A DNA stretch of 64,000 bases from Eledone cirrhosa (Eukaryota), in the NCBI GenBank assembly GCA_964016885.1, contig OZ024753.1, positions 35,092,001 to 35,156,000 of the forward strand, read 5' to 3'. Below the pieces are notes generated by a model that ran no database searches, was not told the DNA's origin, and saw only the letters and a program-made list of their open reading frames with translations. This document shows, one piece after another, positions 42,601-56,123 of the stretch. Within the stretch, counting starts at the first letter, position 1; the number at the start of each line of letters is the position of its first letter. The position numbers were made by a program, and so were the translations under genes.

Positions 42601-44102
42601 AAGAATTACTAACTGGTAGGTCAATAAAATAAAGTGCCACTAAAAGTATTGGGGCTGATATAACCAACTTTACCCTCTCCTCAAATTACTGGCCTTGTGC
42701 CTAAATTAGCAATCATTATTTAAGTTATCAACAATAATGCAGATTTGGCCTAATAAAAAAAAACAATTATTTAAAATTCATACCAATTATAATATTGTAT
42801 GAAATAAAGGTGCTTTAGTGATAATCAATGAAATCAATAGATTCTGCATTTAGATTTGACAATCAACTCACCTCACACACAACAAAATAGTTATAATATA
42901 ATAAAGATCCATCAACTTCGGCTGATGCTTATTTAATGAGAACAGTCTCTAAACACAATGATCTTCATAATTTCTGTCTGAGAATTCAGTGGGAGAACAA
43001 ATATTTGTGGAGCCATGACCACTAATGGAGAAACTATTGGCAATTCATATTGCTATAAGCAGTGGTTGTGTAGAATAATAGATAAAATAGTGAAATGATT
43101 AATTTATTTGGCTATTAACAGATCGTTGCCATGGTAGTCTTTGTTTAAACTAATTGTGAAAATACACCAAGTAATTTTATTTTAGAATTCTATGTCACTT
43201 GTTTTTCTAAAATAATCTTCTATGTAAACATGTTCCTTGTGAGTTAATGCTTATAATGTGATCTAAAGTCTTAAGCCCAGATTATTTTATAACATATATT
43301 CTACTAACTGTATTTAAGTTCCAGTTTAATTTAACCTTTCCATTACTCTATTTGTAATGAGAACAGTGGCTATGATTGTCAAATCATTTTGAAAAGGTAA
43401 AATATTTCATTGGAAATGAAATATCTAAAATGATATACTAGAAAGAAAAAATTGTAAAAAAAAACAAAGAAAAGAAAAAATTAAATAGCAAAAGGGAAAA
43501 AGGGAAGTGGGTAAGCAGCAGACTTTACAGCCTAGACTTGGCAGTATGTTTTAGCTGTGCCTTGTAAACAAAATCGCGAAGGCATAGCCACAGAGAAAAA
43601 TAATAAAAATAACTAACTTTATCATTGAGTTGGAGTTTGAAGCATAATTTAACAAATGTTCTTATGTAAAATTATGATAGAAAGTAGATTTTAGATAAAT
43701 AGCAACACTTTAAAATAAGTAGTTTTGTATCACAGAACCATGGGTGGTTTCAAGTGGTCTGGTATCAAAAGGATTAAGTCAAAACATCTGATTTGATGTT
43801 GCTATTACCTCAAGATCACTTCATTTTTCAACTTGTTTAATATTGTTTAAGGATTATTTCACTATTTTTATTGTCTGTCTGAGGAGGAAGCCAGTGGGAT
43901 AGGAAATGGGCATTTAGATAATGTTAGGAATTGTTAAAGTCTACCCCAAATATCAAATGTTTTAATGACATTCTCCCTGCTGTAGCAGGAGTAATCTTGT
44001 GAACCTAATTACAGATTTCATACACATCATGGAGTTCTTTTTAAAGCCTTTTGGTTGCAGGAATCCAAAGTAACTTTTCTACCTGGATACACTCAACTAA
44101 AC

Positions 44103-44247
44103 CAGTCATGGGCAAACTGTGGCATGCTTGGATTTATGAATAACATGCCTAATTTCAAATTTGCCTTAAATTTTATGTATTGCAGCCCACCTTATGATGG
44201 ACCATATCCTATATAGCCCACTGTTAAAAAATAGTTGCCCATGTCTA
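44103..44247. mobile_element. hAT-type MITE
   Basis: Termini cagtcatgggcaaact / agttgcccatgtct resemble Charlie-type hAT TIRs. Confidence 0.55.
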
Positions 44248-44574
44248 ACATGATCACATATATGCATTCACACAAATATGTACACATGCATACAAAAGAA
44301 AGAAAAAAAGGAAAGGCTGATGGGAAACAAAGAGAAGGGAAAAGAGAGAACAGTAGATCATAAATAATTTAATATTAATAAGAAACAATCTAAACTGGTT
44401 TCTCTTTATTGTGTTGAGTTTTTGCCTAGTGAATAACACTAGTCATATGTTGTGGTGTAGGGAAAATAGTTGATCAAACCATCTGCAATATTTAAATAAA
44501 CAATGGGCAGTGGATTAAAAGAATCATTAGTGTGTTGGATAAAATACATTCTAGTATTTATTCCGGCTTTTTAA

Positions 44575-44795
44575 TCCTTTAGCATTTACATAACTCTACG
44601 TTTACTATTATATTTTCATGGTAAAGGCTTTACCTCACATAATTATTTCACATAATATCGAATCTATCAGATTTTGATATTATTTATTTTGAGAACAATA
44701 CCTTAATATCAGTATGAGTGGCTGGTTACAGCCGGTTTGAGCAGAAAGAGGTGAGAGAATTCTCGCCAGATACAGCTGATTTAAATGCTAAAGGG
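44575..44795. mobile_element. piggyBac-type MITE family 1 nested in an old family B SINE (44505-44935)
   Basis: TTAA on both sides. SINE head before, SINE B box and central domain after. Confidence 0.85.
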
Positions 44796-47321
44796 TTAAA
44801 TTTGGAGTTGAAATTCTGTTGAGGTAAATTTTGCCTTTCATTCATCTAGGGTTGATAAAATACAGGACCAGTCAAGTACCACGGTCAACATAATTGACCA
44901 CATTTGAGTTCCTATGCCTATGTTAGAAATCAATATCTTAAATTATCACCATGTAATACTTATTTGTATGATTTGTTTTTCCATATTTCAGGCATTGGAT
45001 TGTGTATTTAATTATGTTTAAAGATATGTCTCTATAACATTCTGCTAATAAATTGCTATTCTGGGCTCCATTCATACAACTTTTACATTGAGTGTATGAA
45101 AAAGAAAAAAATTTTTTCTCCATTTAACAAATAATATTAGCTTTATTCAATTAGGCTCTAAGCCAAATTTGGCCAGGAAATTGAATTTTTATTTTGTTTA
45201 TTTATTTATTTATTTATTCATTTATTTACTGTTTAGTCAGGGAAGGATGAACAGTGGCTATGGCTCTTTTCAGGGCCACTGAGGCAGAGAGGAAGGAGAA
45301 GGTATCCTCAAACTTGAAACTTGATCCAAATAATTGCATCAGGGTGGACTCTACTAAAGACACCCAAGGACCAGACAGCTGTATTAAACTGGGTGTTGGA
45401 TTCAGTGTACTGCCCAAGTAGACTACAGCAAGATTTGAACTCAGAATGCAAAGGGCTGGAACAAATACTGCAAGGCATTTTATCTAGTGCTCTAACAAAT
45501 CTGCCAATCCATTACTTCAGACTTGGACTTTATTGTATCAACCCTGAAATGATAAAAGGCAATGTTCACCTTCATGGGATTTGAACTCAGATTGCAGAGA
45601 GTCACAATAAACAACAAGTGTTTTAAGGCTGTTTTTGCTTCTAAGGCAGGAGGTAGCTTTGCATGCCCCACTATAAGCTTCATATTTATCATGGGGTTCT
45701 TTTTGATGTAATGTTTTAAAGCTTTTCCTGACACCAACTCATTTACTCAACTCTTACAACAGACAGGGATGTGGTGTACCCATTCTAAACTAGATACATA
45801 CAGTCAGGACAAATGCCACAAGGCATTTTGTCTTACACTAAAACTCTGCAAATTTTTACTTTATTTTACTTTATATTATTGACCCCAGAAGGATGAAAGG
45901 GATGGTCAACCTCAGAAAGATTTGAACTCGGGAGACAAAGCACTGTAACTAAATGCTGCTATGATTTTTATCCGACACTCTAATGACTTTGCCAAACCAC
46001 CACCATTGTCTACATTTAATAATGAATTTATACATTTAATAATGAATTAGAATATTTTAAAACCCATATACATCATTTAATTATAATGATTTTCATTTTC
46101 GTGTTTTACTATTAATATGATTTATAATTTAGACTAATCCACTTTAAGTTATAATTAAAATTAATCCTTCTTTAAAACTTTATAAACCACATTTATTATA
46201 TGTTTTTGACCAATCAAATTTTCTGATATATTCCGGTTTCTTTGTTGGTAGCAGCTGGAATACTTTTCATCTGTAATGTTGGGCCCATCACCAGTGATGG
46301 GTGGGGGGATGGGGACACCCTGGAGGGTACTACCACACACTCCCACTTTTAAATGGGTGCATTCTCAGATTTAGAAAATAGAGTTTATAAAAAAAAAATC
46401 TATGAAATATGTTCCTTGAATTAGAATGTCCACCCAGAATACTGTATACTACCCCACCGCCTCCCAGCACCAAAGCCTTGTAATAAGCCTCTTCACTGTA
46501 ATAAACACAGCTTCTCATATCTTGCAGTTATAACAATGGTATAGCTATCACTGTGCAGTTATGAAATTTGCTTTGCAACCTCATGATCTAGGGTTCCATT
46601 CTACTGTATGGCAACTTGGACAGGTGTTTTCTACTATAGTCTTAGGCTGACCAATACTTCATGAGTGAAATTTGGTTGTTAACAACTATGCAGAAGTCTG
46701 TTGTGTGTGTATATGCATGTGTGTGTGTGTGTATATATATACATATATGTGTGATTGTGCATATGTGTATTTATCTCGACATGTGTTTTTGAATTGACAC
46801 TGGTGACATTTGTTTATGTTCTGTATAAATGATATGTTCCACTGCCCAGCAGTTTCACAGGTGATAATTGTTGAAATGCATATCTTAGTTATTTTCAATA
46901 TCATACTTGAGTTGGCATCAGGAAGGGCATCCAGTCATTGATTACTGTGTCAACAAAACCTCATCTAACTCATACCATTATGGAACAGTGAATGTAAAAG
47001 TGATGATGATTGTATTGATAGTAACAATTACAATAGAATTATTATTCTTTTACCTTTTTCAATCAATAGACTGCAGCTATGCTGGAGTTTCACCTTGATT
47101 TAGTCAATTATATCAACATCAGTAGCCCTTTTTTCAAGTCTGGTACTTATTTTATCAATCCCTTTTTTTTGTCGAACTACTAATACACAGGATATAAACA
47201 CAGACAGTCACAAATGTAAAGCCAAACACGAAAACAAGCATATACTTTTTTAACAACACTGCAAATTAGTTTGGCAAGTTTTCACCATAAATATCTTTCT
47301 TTATATACTTATTATCCTTTC

Positions 47322-47462
47322 TTATACTTTTGTTGAGCCCTAATTTTCTAAGGTGTTATTTAATTATTTCATTTCAGGTTTTGTAATAAGGTAAGTTGAA
47401 GAAAACTTGAAACAAAATAATTAATTTACACCTTAGAAAATTAGGGTTCAACAAAAGTATAA
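47322..47462. repeat. imperfect inverted repeat (about 61-bp arms, 19-nt loop)
   Basis: ttatacttttgttgagccctaattttctaaggtgt...tttcaggtttt / aaaacttgaaac...acaccttagaaaattagggttcaacaaaagtataa. Confidence 0.9.
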
Positions 47463-47609
47463 CAAATGAAAAGTATATACATATATATATATATTCGTCT
47501 AACCCATGCCAGTGTGGGAAAATGGATGTAAAACGATGATGATGATGGTATATGTGTAGAAAGCATTTGGTGAAATAATAATTGTGGTGAACTAGCTGAA
47601 TCGTTAGAG

Positions 47610-47941
47610 CAGTGTTTCTCAACCAGTGTTCCCCAAAATCCTAGGGTTTTACAAGAGGTCACTAGGAGTTCTGCAAGAAACACAGATAAATAAGCTAATG
47701 CATTTTTGAGTAATTTTTGTTTAATTTTATATTCTCAATTTTACTATACATGTATGGCAGATTGCTGGAAAATCCTTGGTTATCCGAAAAAAAAAAAAAT
47801 TATGTTTACTACGTGAACTACAATAAAAAAATAAAACATGTTAATGATGTTATATAATAATTTTTATGCAGAGGGAGGGGGTCTTGAAACATGAAAACTA
47901 TTTCAATGGTTCCACAAATGTAAAAAGGTTGATAAATGCTG
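47610..47941. mobile_element. hAT-type MITE inserted into a family B SINE (47583-48168)
   Basis: TIRs cagtgtttctcaacc / ggttgataaatgctg. Degenerate 8-bp TSD cgttagag / tgttaagg. Confidence 0.65.
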
Positions 47942-48564
47942 TGTTAAGGCATCAGACAAATTGTTTTGTGGAATTATTCTGGCCTTTTATATTCAAAGTT
48001 CAAATATCACTGATGTCATCTTTGCCTTTCCCCCTTCTGAGTTTGATGAAATAAAATATCAATCAAGTACTGGGGTTGATTTAATCGACTTCCCATCCCC
48101 TCCTCAAAAAAAAACCAAACAAACAAACAAAAAAACATTTCTGGCTTTATGCCTAAATTAGAAACAATTAATATTTCATTCTTCATTTTTATTTGACAAA
48201 TATTCCCAACTTGCATTAAATGTCCATAATATTTTGCCTTCTTGGTTCACTTAAATAGCCTATTTCTCTAGACATTATATATATATATCATCATCATCAT
48301 CATTGTTTAACATCTATCTTCCACGCTAGCATATATATATATATATATATAATTGTTTCTACTTTTGGCACAAGGCCAACAATTATCGCAGTGCATTACT
48401 GGTACTTTATTTTATCGATCCCATAAGGATGAAAGGCAAACTTAATCTTGGTGGGATTTGAACTCAGACCATAAAGGGCCATAATGCTATGCTGCAAAGC
48501 ATGGTGTCCAACCCTCTACCGATACTGCTAATTCCCTGCCTATATATATATGTATATATATAAA

Positions 48565-48700
48565 GGTGTGGGTTCAATTCCCACAGATACTAATATCCAT
48601 ATTTTTTCCTTGAAGGGATCTTATATGCCCTATTATTTAGACTATGTTTCTATAGTTAAAAAAATTGATGATGCTTCTAGCTTTCTCAGTGTTTCTAAAC
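48565..48700 (+). mobile_element. truncated relative of the tRNA-like unit at 62035-62319
   Basis: gtgggttcaattcccac T-arm, T6 run, then aaaattgatgatgctt...tttct...tttctaaacac resembling 62035-62080. Flanked by (TA)n. Confidence 0.5.
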
Positions 48701-49258
48701 ACACTTTCATCATATATTTATGTATATATATATGTGTGTGTGTGTATATATATATATATTATATATATACAGAGAGAGAAAGAGATAAGGTAAGATAAGC
48801 TACAACTGCTCATCTAGAACAAATAGAACAGACCCATCTATAAGACTGTGTATGCATGTCTACACACATACACAGATATATGTATGTGTGTGTGTATATA
48901 TACATATATATATATGTTATATAAGTAGATACATGCATACATGAAACACCATATGCATACACATATATGTACTAAGTTACATTGCAGATTAAATCGTAAG
49001 TTTTTATGTCAGTTAGTCTATCGAAGGAAAAACCCAGTTTCAGATTTGTAGTAATTTTAGCATTAACATATATCTTTAGTTTCATTTCAGCTTTAAAACA
49101 TTAAGTTAGCAGCCTTTATGAATGACCCATTCTGAGACAATCCAAGTCAGATGACCGGATCTTACTCATTCAGAACTGATTTTGGCTTGGTTTCTATGGC
49201 TGGATGCCCTTCCTAATGCCAATCACATTTACCGTGTGTACTGGGTGCTGTTTGATGT

Positions 49259-49790
49259 GACACCTACATGACCACTTTACAGTGTGGACTGGGTGCTTTT
49301 TGTCATGACACCTACATGACTACTTTACAATATGAACTGGGTGCTTTTTGTCATGACACCTACATGACCACTTTACAATGTAGACTGGGTTATTTTTGTC
49401 ATGACACCTACATGACTACTTTACAGTGTGGACTGGGTTCTTTTTGTCATGACACCTACATGACTACTTTACAGTGTGGACTGGGTGCTTTTTGTCATGA
49501 CACCTACATGACTACTTTACAATGTAGACTGGGTTCTTTTTGTCATGACACCTACATGACTACTTTACATTGTAGACTGGGTTCTTTTTGTCATGACACC
49601 TACATGACCACTTTACAGTGTGGACTGGGTGCTTTTTGTCATGACACCTACATGACTACTTTACAATGTGAACTGGGTGCTTATTGTCATGACACCTACA
49701 TGACTACTTTACATTGTAGACTGGGTGCTTTTTGTTGTGACACCTACATGACCACATTACAGTGTGGACTGTGCGCTTATTGTCATGGCT
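49259..49790. repeat. 48-bp minisatellite (11 units) expanded inside a family A SINE
   Basis: gacacctacatgactactttacagtgtggactgggtgctttttgtcat. 1-3 units of the same motif occur in other family A copies (5400, 7490, 28820). Confidence 0.95.
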
Positions 49791-50890
49791 CCAGGATGAC
49801 TGCTTTATGGTGGGAATTGGTCAGAGAACCACTTTTTATTCATGCATTCCATATTTTGGTATGTTTTCTATGGATGGATGCCCTTCCTAATGTTATGTCC
49901 ACTACCAATATTTTTCTGTAGTTATTAGCAAAACAAACAAAAATATAACTAGATTATTATTAGGGTGGTTGATTGGCTGTATCAGTAGAGCGTCAGACAG
50001 CATGCTTTGGGGCATAGTGTTGCATCCCTATATGTTCTGATTTTAAATCCCATCAAGGTTAGCTTTACATTTCATCCTTATGGGGTCGATAAAATAAAGT
50101 ACTAGTAACACACTGCGGTTGATTTAAAATTGTTGGCCTTGTGCCTATATCAGAAACCATCATCATCAGCATCAGGAGTAGTAGTAGTAGTATAATACTC
50201 ATCTTTGCTCTCACTATGACCATAACATATATATTAAGACTCATAGTATCGTGTTTATTATTTCCATTCTCAATAGCAGCATTTGCTACATTTCTTGTAT
50301 GCAACCAGCATCATTTAAAAATAAAAAAAAAAACTCCACCTCTATCAGAATATCATTCTCACTATAGCTTCAGTATAATCCTACTTGCTCTTCAGCTTGC
50401 TGTGCATCCCTTACTGTTGCTAATATTTATTGTCGTATACCAGTATAGTTGTCATTGATGTCTTCTACAATCATAATCAAGGAAGAAAGCAAAACATTGA
50501 TAATATAACTGTGTAAATATATTCTGTTTACTCCCTACTTTATATCAAACCCATTTGTTAATAGAAGCCCATCACTTGTCAGCATGAAAGACTTTAAACA
50601 AAGCCCTATATGCACACACGTGCCAGAGTTGTTGTCACTGCTACCATTGCTGTTACAGCAACTAGGACTACTACTTCAGCGGCTACTATTGTTCTCTTTT
50701 TCAAACCAACCAGGAAGCAAAGAATTCATATAATTTTGCTTTCATGTTATTTTTCTTATATTCTTTTACATTAAAAATAAAATCAACAACAACTACAAAA
50801 AAATCCCTAACATTTTCATTCTTTTTCCTTAATTATAACTCATTTAAAAAAATTTTTTTGTTAACTACACTCAGCTTATTATGTTGTCAC

Positions 50891-50929
50891 ATGATTGATT
50901 CACTTTCGGATTATGAACTATCAGCTCAG
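50891..50929 (+). CDS. candidate alternative first coding exon (MIDSLSDYELSAQ, phase 0)
   Basis: ATG at 50891, strong donor CAG|gtaaga at 50930. Preceded by about 500 bp of unique, UTR-like sequence. Confidence 0.3.
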
Positions 50930-51177
50930 GTAAGAGGAAATCATATCCCTCGTCATTCACAGATTTAATTACTGTGTTAATTAAAATAAAATAAAATGGA
51001 TTTCTAATTAGATTCTTTTGTTATTTAAAATATCCAAGATTTATATTTTGATATATAAATAAGATGATACTGCATAGATTCATAAAATTTCGTTCAAAAG
51101 TAAATTCAAGGTTAACTATATTTTGTGATATTCATGTTTTAATAATTTCTATTTAAAGCCAGAGAACAAGACCCTAA

Positions 51178-51387
51178 CCTTTTAGCATTTACATTACTCT
51201 ATATTTACTATTATATTTTCACTTATTTCACATAATTATTTCACATAATATCAAAGCTATGAGATTTTGGTATTATTTATTTTGAGAACAATACCTTAAC
51301 ATAAGTATGAGCAGCTGGTTACGGCTAATTTGAACAGAAAAGGGTGAGATAATCTGGCCAGATATGGCCAGTTTAAATGCTAAAGGA
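51178..51387. mobile_element. piggyBac-type MITE family 1
   Basis: ctaa|cctttttagcattta ... taaatgctaaagga|TTAA. Confidence 0.8.
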
Positions 51388-51720
51388 TTAACACAAGATA
51401 TTAATAGCGTTCCAGTCCCTGTTTTCAGTTATTTCACATAGTGCAAATACCTGCAGGGAAAACATTATTGTCATATCTTCTTGTTTCTCTGTATTAAAAT
51501 GTCAACAAGAACATTTCTAACTAGTCAAAATAAGCTAATGTTATATTATTTTATCATGTTTTGTTTTGATAGGCTGCTTTAATTAATTAAAATCTCAGAA
51601 TTATATATAAATATTGATCTATCTATTCATTTGTCTCTCTCTGTCTGACAGTCTGACTGTCAAACATAGAACATAGTCGGCCTATATCTATCTACCTATT
51701 GATATATATATATACATGCA

Positions 51721-51770
<50 letters not shown>

Positions 51771-52118
51771 CATGGAAAAACAGACATTAAATCATTATGT
51801 GGTGGTAATATATAAACATCTGTATATGTATGTACATATCTGCACACAGGCAAACTATATATATATATATAGATAGATAGAGAGAGAGAGATACATATAT
51901 GTATATATGTAATGTATATATATAAACAGACATGTATGCATACATATTCATATATGAGTATGTATATGTATTGATATCTAAGTGTGTGTGTGTTTATTTA
52001 TATATACATACATACATATATATATATGTGCGTGTGTAGTTACATGAAAACTTGTCACATGACAAAACAAGGAAACCTCTGTATTATGAAAATAGTGGTT
52101 AATATATATATATATATA

Positions 52119-52205
52119 AACGAAGGGAGTGTGGTAAGGAACCAGGTGGGTCATAATGCACCAGAGTACTCAATACTTAGGGTATGTGATGATAGGAAAA
52201 GAGTC
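52119..52205. mobile_element. family P element, diverged truncated copy
   Basis: aacgaagggagtgtggtaaggaaccaggtgggtcataatgcaccagagtactcaatacttaggg within (TA)n. Confidence 0.85.
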
Positions 52206-52498
52206 ATGTATATATATATATATGTATGTATGTATATATATACATATATATATATCCTTGCTAGCAGTAATAGACAAACAGACAGTAACTAATGAGGATG
52301 TACATATAACACAATGTTTAATATTTATTATAAAATCAAGGTTTACTTTGCCTTTCATCCTTACGGGGTCGATAAAATAAAGTACCAGTAATGCACTGGG
52401 TAATTGCTGGCCTTGTGCCTAAAGTAGAAACAATTATAAAATAATGTAGTATTTATTTTCCTAAATAAAATTTTGTATATATATATATATATATATAT

Positions 52499-52766
52499 CC
52501 GGGAGCTTCCAACAGAAATGGTCGCATTCTTTAAGGGTATGTCAATATTTATTTATAAAACTGATCTATATTATATTTTATCTGATGAAAGCACACCATA
52601 ATTTAACTTGGTGTCCTTTAAATATGTATGAAATAAATATGGTTTTATAAATATAGTTTCCATTTGTTAATATATCGTTTTTTACTCCAATAATTTGTTG
52701 AGTGCTTTATATCAGTTATAAAAATATTTGCTTGTTGTAACCCAACAATTTAAATAGAACTTCTAC
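52499..52766 (+). mobile_element. relative of the 20820 element with mutated hammerhead (52575-52635)
   Basis: attttat CTGATGA AAGCACACCA taatttaact TGGTGTCCTT TAAA (GAAA to TAAA). Downstream sequence aligns with 20970-21100. Confidence 0.75.
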
Positions 52767-52822
<56 letters not shown>

Positions 52823-52847
52823 ATATCAGTGTGTATATATGTGTGTG

Positions 52848-52882
<35 letters not shown>

Positions 52883-55457
52883 GTGTGTGTGTGTGTACGT
52901 TTATATTCATACACTAAAAGCTAAACAGGTGACATAGAACCCATGACTTTCAGTTATCATATGTAGTATAGATTATAATACAGTGAAATAGTGATGATGT
53001 TAAATTATGTCAAGCTAGATTACAATCTGTAAAATATATGCTCTATCCATGGTTGAATGACAAAAAAGACTGTTAATTAGCATTGAACTCAATACATGTT
53101 TTGGTACAGAGTAGTTATATTTCCACAATCTGGTGGATTTGAAAGTCAGCTGAAATGGGGAGAGCCCTCCATTACGATGTCACTCTATTTCTGATTTTAA
53201 AAATAAATATTTCAAAACCTGTATTTGAAAGCTAGTCCTCTGTTGTGAACTACTTATTGATACTTTTTCAGTTTTGAGAATAATAGATTCATACCCTGCT
53301 TATTAGAATATGTAACAAGAATGCAGATAGTATATAACCTTCTCATGGTCATATTTCCAAATAAATTTACTACCTATATGTTTCAATTAATTTTGAAAAT
53401 AATCATGAATTTAGATAGGTTTGGTAAAATAACTAGTTTTTTTATTGAAAATTTAGCGGCTTCAGTATATATTTCTTTTAATGGAAAATAATCTAAGTTG
53501 AATATAAAAGCCCTGGTCGATGCTGTCAATTTTTGTCTGTTCAGAGGCTCGTATGCCCAACTTGTTAGACTATTTTTCATAGCATATAAAAAATTATGTT
53601 GAAGCTTCTAAATTTTCAATAAATACATATCTGCTCAACTAATTTATTTTTATAAAGCTTGTAAGAGTAAGAGTAAAGATCTCCTTCGGTCACAAATGAC
53701 CATGAGATTTGCATTTAGAAAGTTCCGCTCAGAGACACGAGTCTAGGCAAGGTTGTTAGTAAAGAACCAAACACAGAACCTCTCGATTGCAAGTCCAATG
53801 CTCTAACCACTAAGCCATGTGCCTATTATATATAATGCTTGTATAAACACAATATTTAACTTTCCTAGTCGTTGTTTTCGAAACTTAACTCAAGAGAGGA
53901 AACAAATCAGTTTTTAAAAGAGTTTAAAAATTATGGACTCATTTTATATGTCTCTTTTGGCTGGTGGTTCATTCTCTAATTGTCTTTAGTCCTCTATTTC
54001 TTACTTATGAATATATATGTAGGTTATATTTGAACTCTGAATCATCTCTACTTCTAAAATAGGGCAAAGGTTCTGAGTTTGAACTCAGCCCAAGGATGTG
54101 ATTAATAAGAAGATCAGGTAATAATAGTTTTGAAATACAGCATATGCTGTGACTAATGATAGTATGAAAATATAGTACATAAAAGTTCATATACTCATAA
54201 AAGGGTTGTTGCCAAGTATGGAAAGCAGGACTGATAATGATGATGATAGTGGTGTAAATTAGAAATAAGAACTATGATATTTATAGAGTGAACATTTTAT
54301 ATTACTTTTATTATAAATTGGTTTGAAAATTATTTCAACGTCAATCCTTAGAGAATGTTAAAGACATCACTCTTCAATTATGATTTAACTAACTTCTATT
54401 ATGCACATACATGTTTTCCATGGTAAAGCATGTGTTAACCGTGTGACCCCTCCCAAGACAGGGTTCATACTCATCATAGGGCTCTTTTTGAGCTAATGTT
54501 TTATGGGAAGATGCCCTTCATTGTGCCAACCCTTTTAACGACTTTTTACAACACACAGATACAGTGTACCTACTCTAAACCAGATACAGAGTTTCCATTA
54601 TAGGAATTCTATATTATAACATTTTCACGAATGTATTTCTAATGAAATAAATACTTTGTATTTTAAATAATTAATGAAGAATTTAGAAAGGATTTACAAT
54701 AATTTTAATTTTATTAAGATGGTATTTGTTACAGGACAAAATGTTATTGTATAAAACTATATTGGAACGTTTTTATTTAAGTAGAAACACTTTAAATTGC
54801 ATGATTTTGTTTCATAGAAACAAAAGCGATTTTGGACTGGCTTAAATTAACATCTTGTGATTAAAAGAAGAGAGAAAGAGAGAAGGAAAGAGAGAGACCA
54901 GCTTCTGAGGGAATAACATAGAGGAGAGTGAGTTTTATTGTATATGACATGTTTATGTAGAAAAAGAGGACATTATTAGAGGGGATCTGTGAGAGCTAAC
55001 AAGGTTAAAATGTTGATTTCTTATTTAAGAGGCACAAGGTTGCATACATATATGTATATATATTAGAGGAGATTTATGTAATGTTTATTACTTTTCTCAA
55101 GTGGAATAAATTTGGTTTGAATCAGGAGTTAAAACTGGTTGGTTGGTCCCTGAAGTCGCTGTGACTTTACTTTTCCCAACAAATCATCTTCTGGTAAAAT
55201 AATAATGGTAGAATAATAATGGCACAAGGTCAGCAATTTGAAGGGAAGAGGAAAGTTGATTAAATTGAATCCTGTGTGTTACTGGTGCTTTATTTTATTG
55301 ACCCCGTAAGGATAAAAGGCAAAGCTAACTTCAGCAGGATTTGAACTCAGAATATAAAAGGCTATAACTATATAACCACAAAGCATGTTGTCAGCTGTTC
55401 TACTGATACTGCCAATCCACTGCCCTTCAGGTAGATTAATAATAATAAAAATCTTAT

Positions 55458-55616
55458 TGGTGCAGGTATGGCTGTGTGGTTAAGGTGTTTGCTTCGCAAC
55501 CACATGGTTCTGGCTTCAGTCATGCTGAGTGACACCTTGGGCATGTCTGCTACTATAGCCTTGGATTGACCAATGCCATATGAATGGAAATTGGTAAATA
55601 GAAACTACAAAAGCCT

Positions 55617-55657
<41 letters not shown>

Positions 55658-55810
55658 TGTCTGAGTGTCTGTGTTTACGTCCCATAACTTAGCAGTTTCA
55701 CAAAAGGAGATCAATAAAATAAATACTAGACTTGAAAAAAATAAGTATTGCGGTTGTCAATATGATTAGCTTAGTTAAGCTAGTGCTGCAACATGGCCAC
55801 AGTCTAATGA
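55458..55810 (+). mobile_element. tRNA-derived SINE family D (ggctgtgtggttaag...caccttgggca...ctactatagcc)
   Basis: Related copies at about 34600-34750 and about 46540-46700. Internal (TA/CA)n. Confidence 0.7.
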
Positions 55811-56082
55811 TTGAAACCTTTTTGGCTCCATACCCCACCACAACATCACAAAAATAAATTTTATGTTCCCCACCCCTTCAATATAAAAACATGTTTGGTG
55901 TTAAAAAGATATGTAAAATTTATAAAAAATTTCCCTGCAAAATATTTAATGTGCTCAACATTCAGAATCAATTTTAATCTGTTCAAAATTCCTATCACTT
56001 TACTGGGTTATTTTTTCCTTCTTTCTAATGAAAGGCACTTTACTAAACGTGAGTACATACTTACAGGGTCATATTCATACAC

Positions 56083-56123
<41 letters not shown>

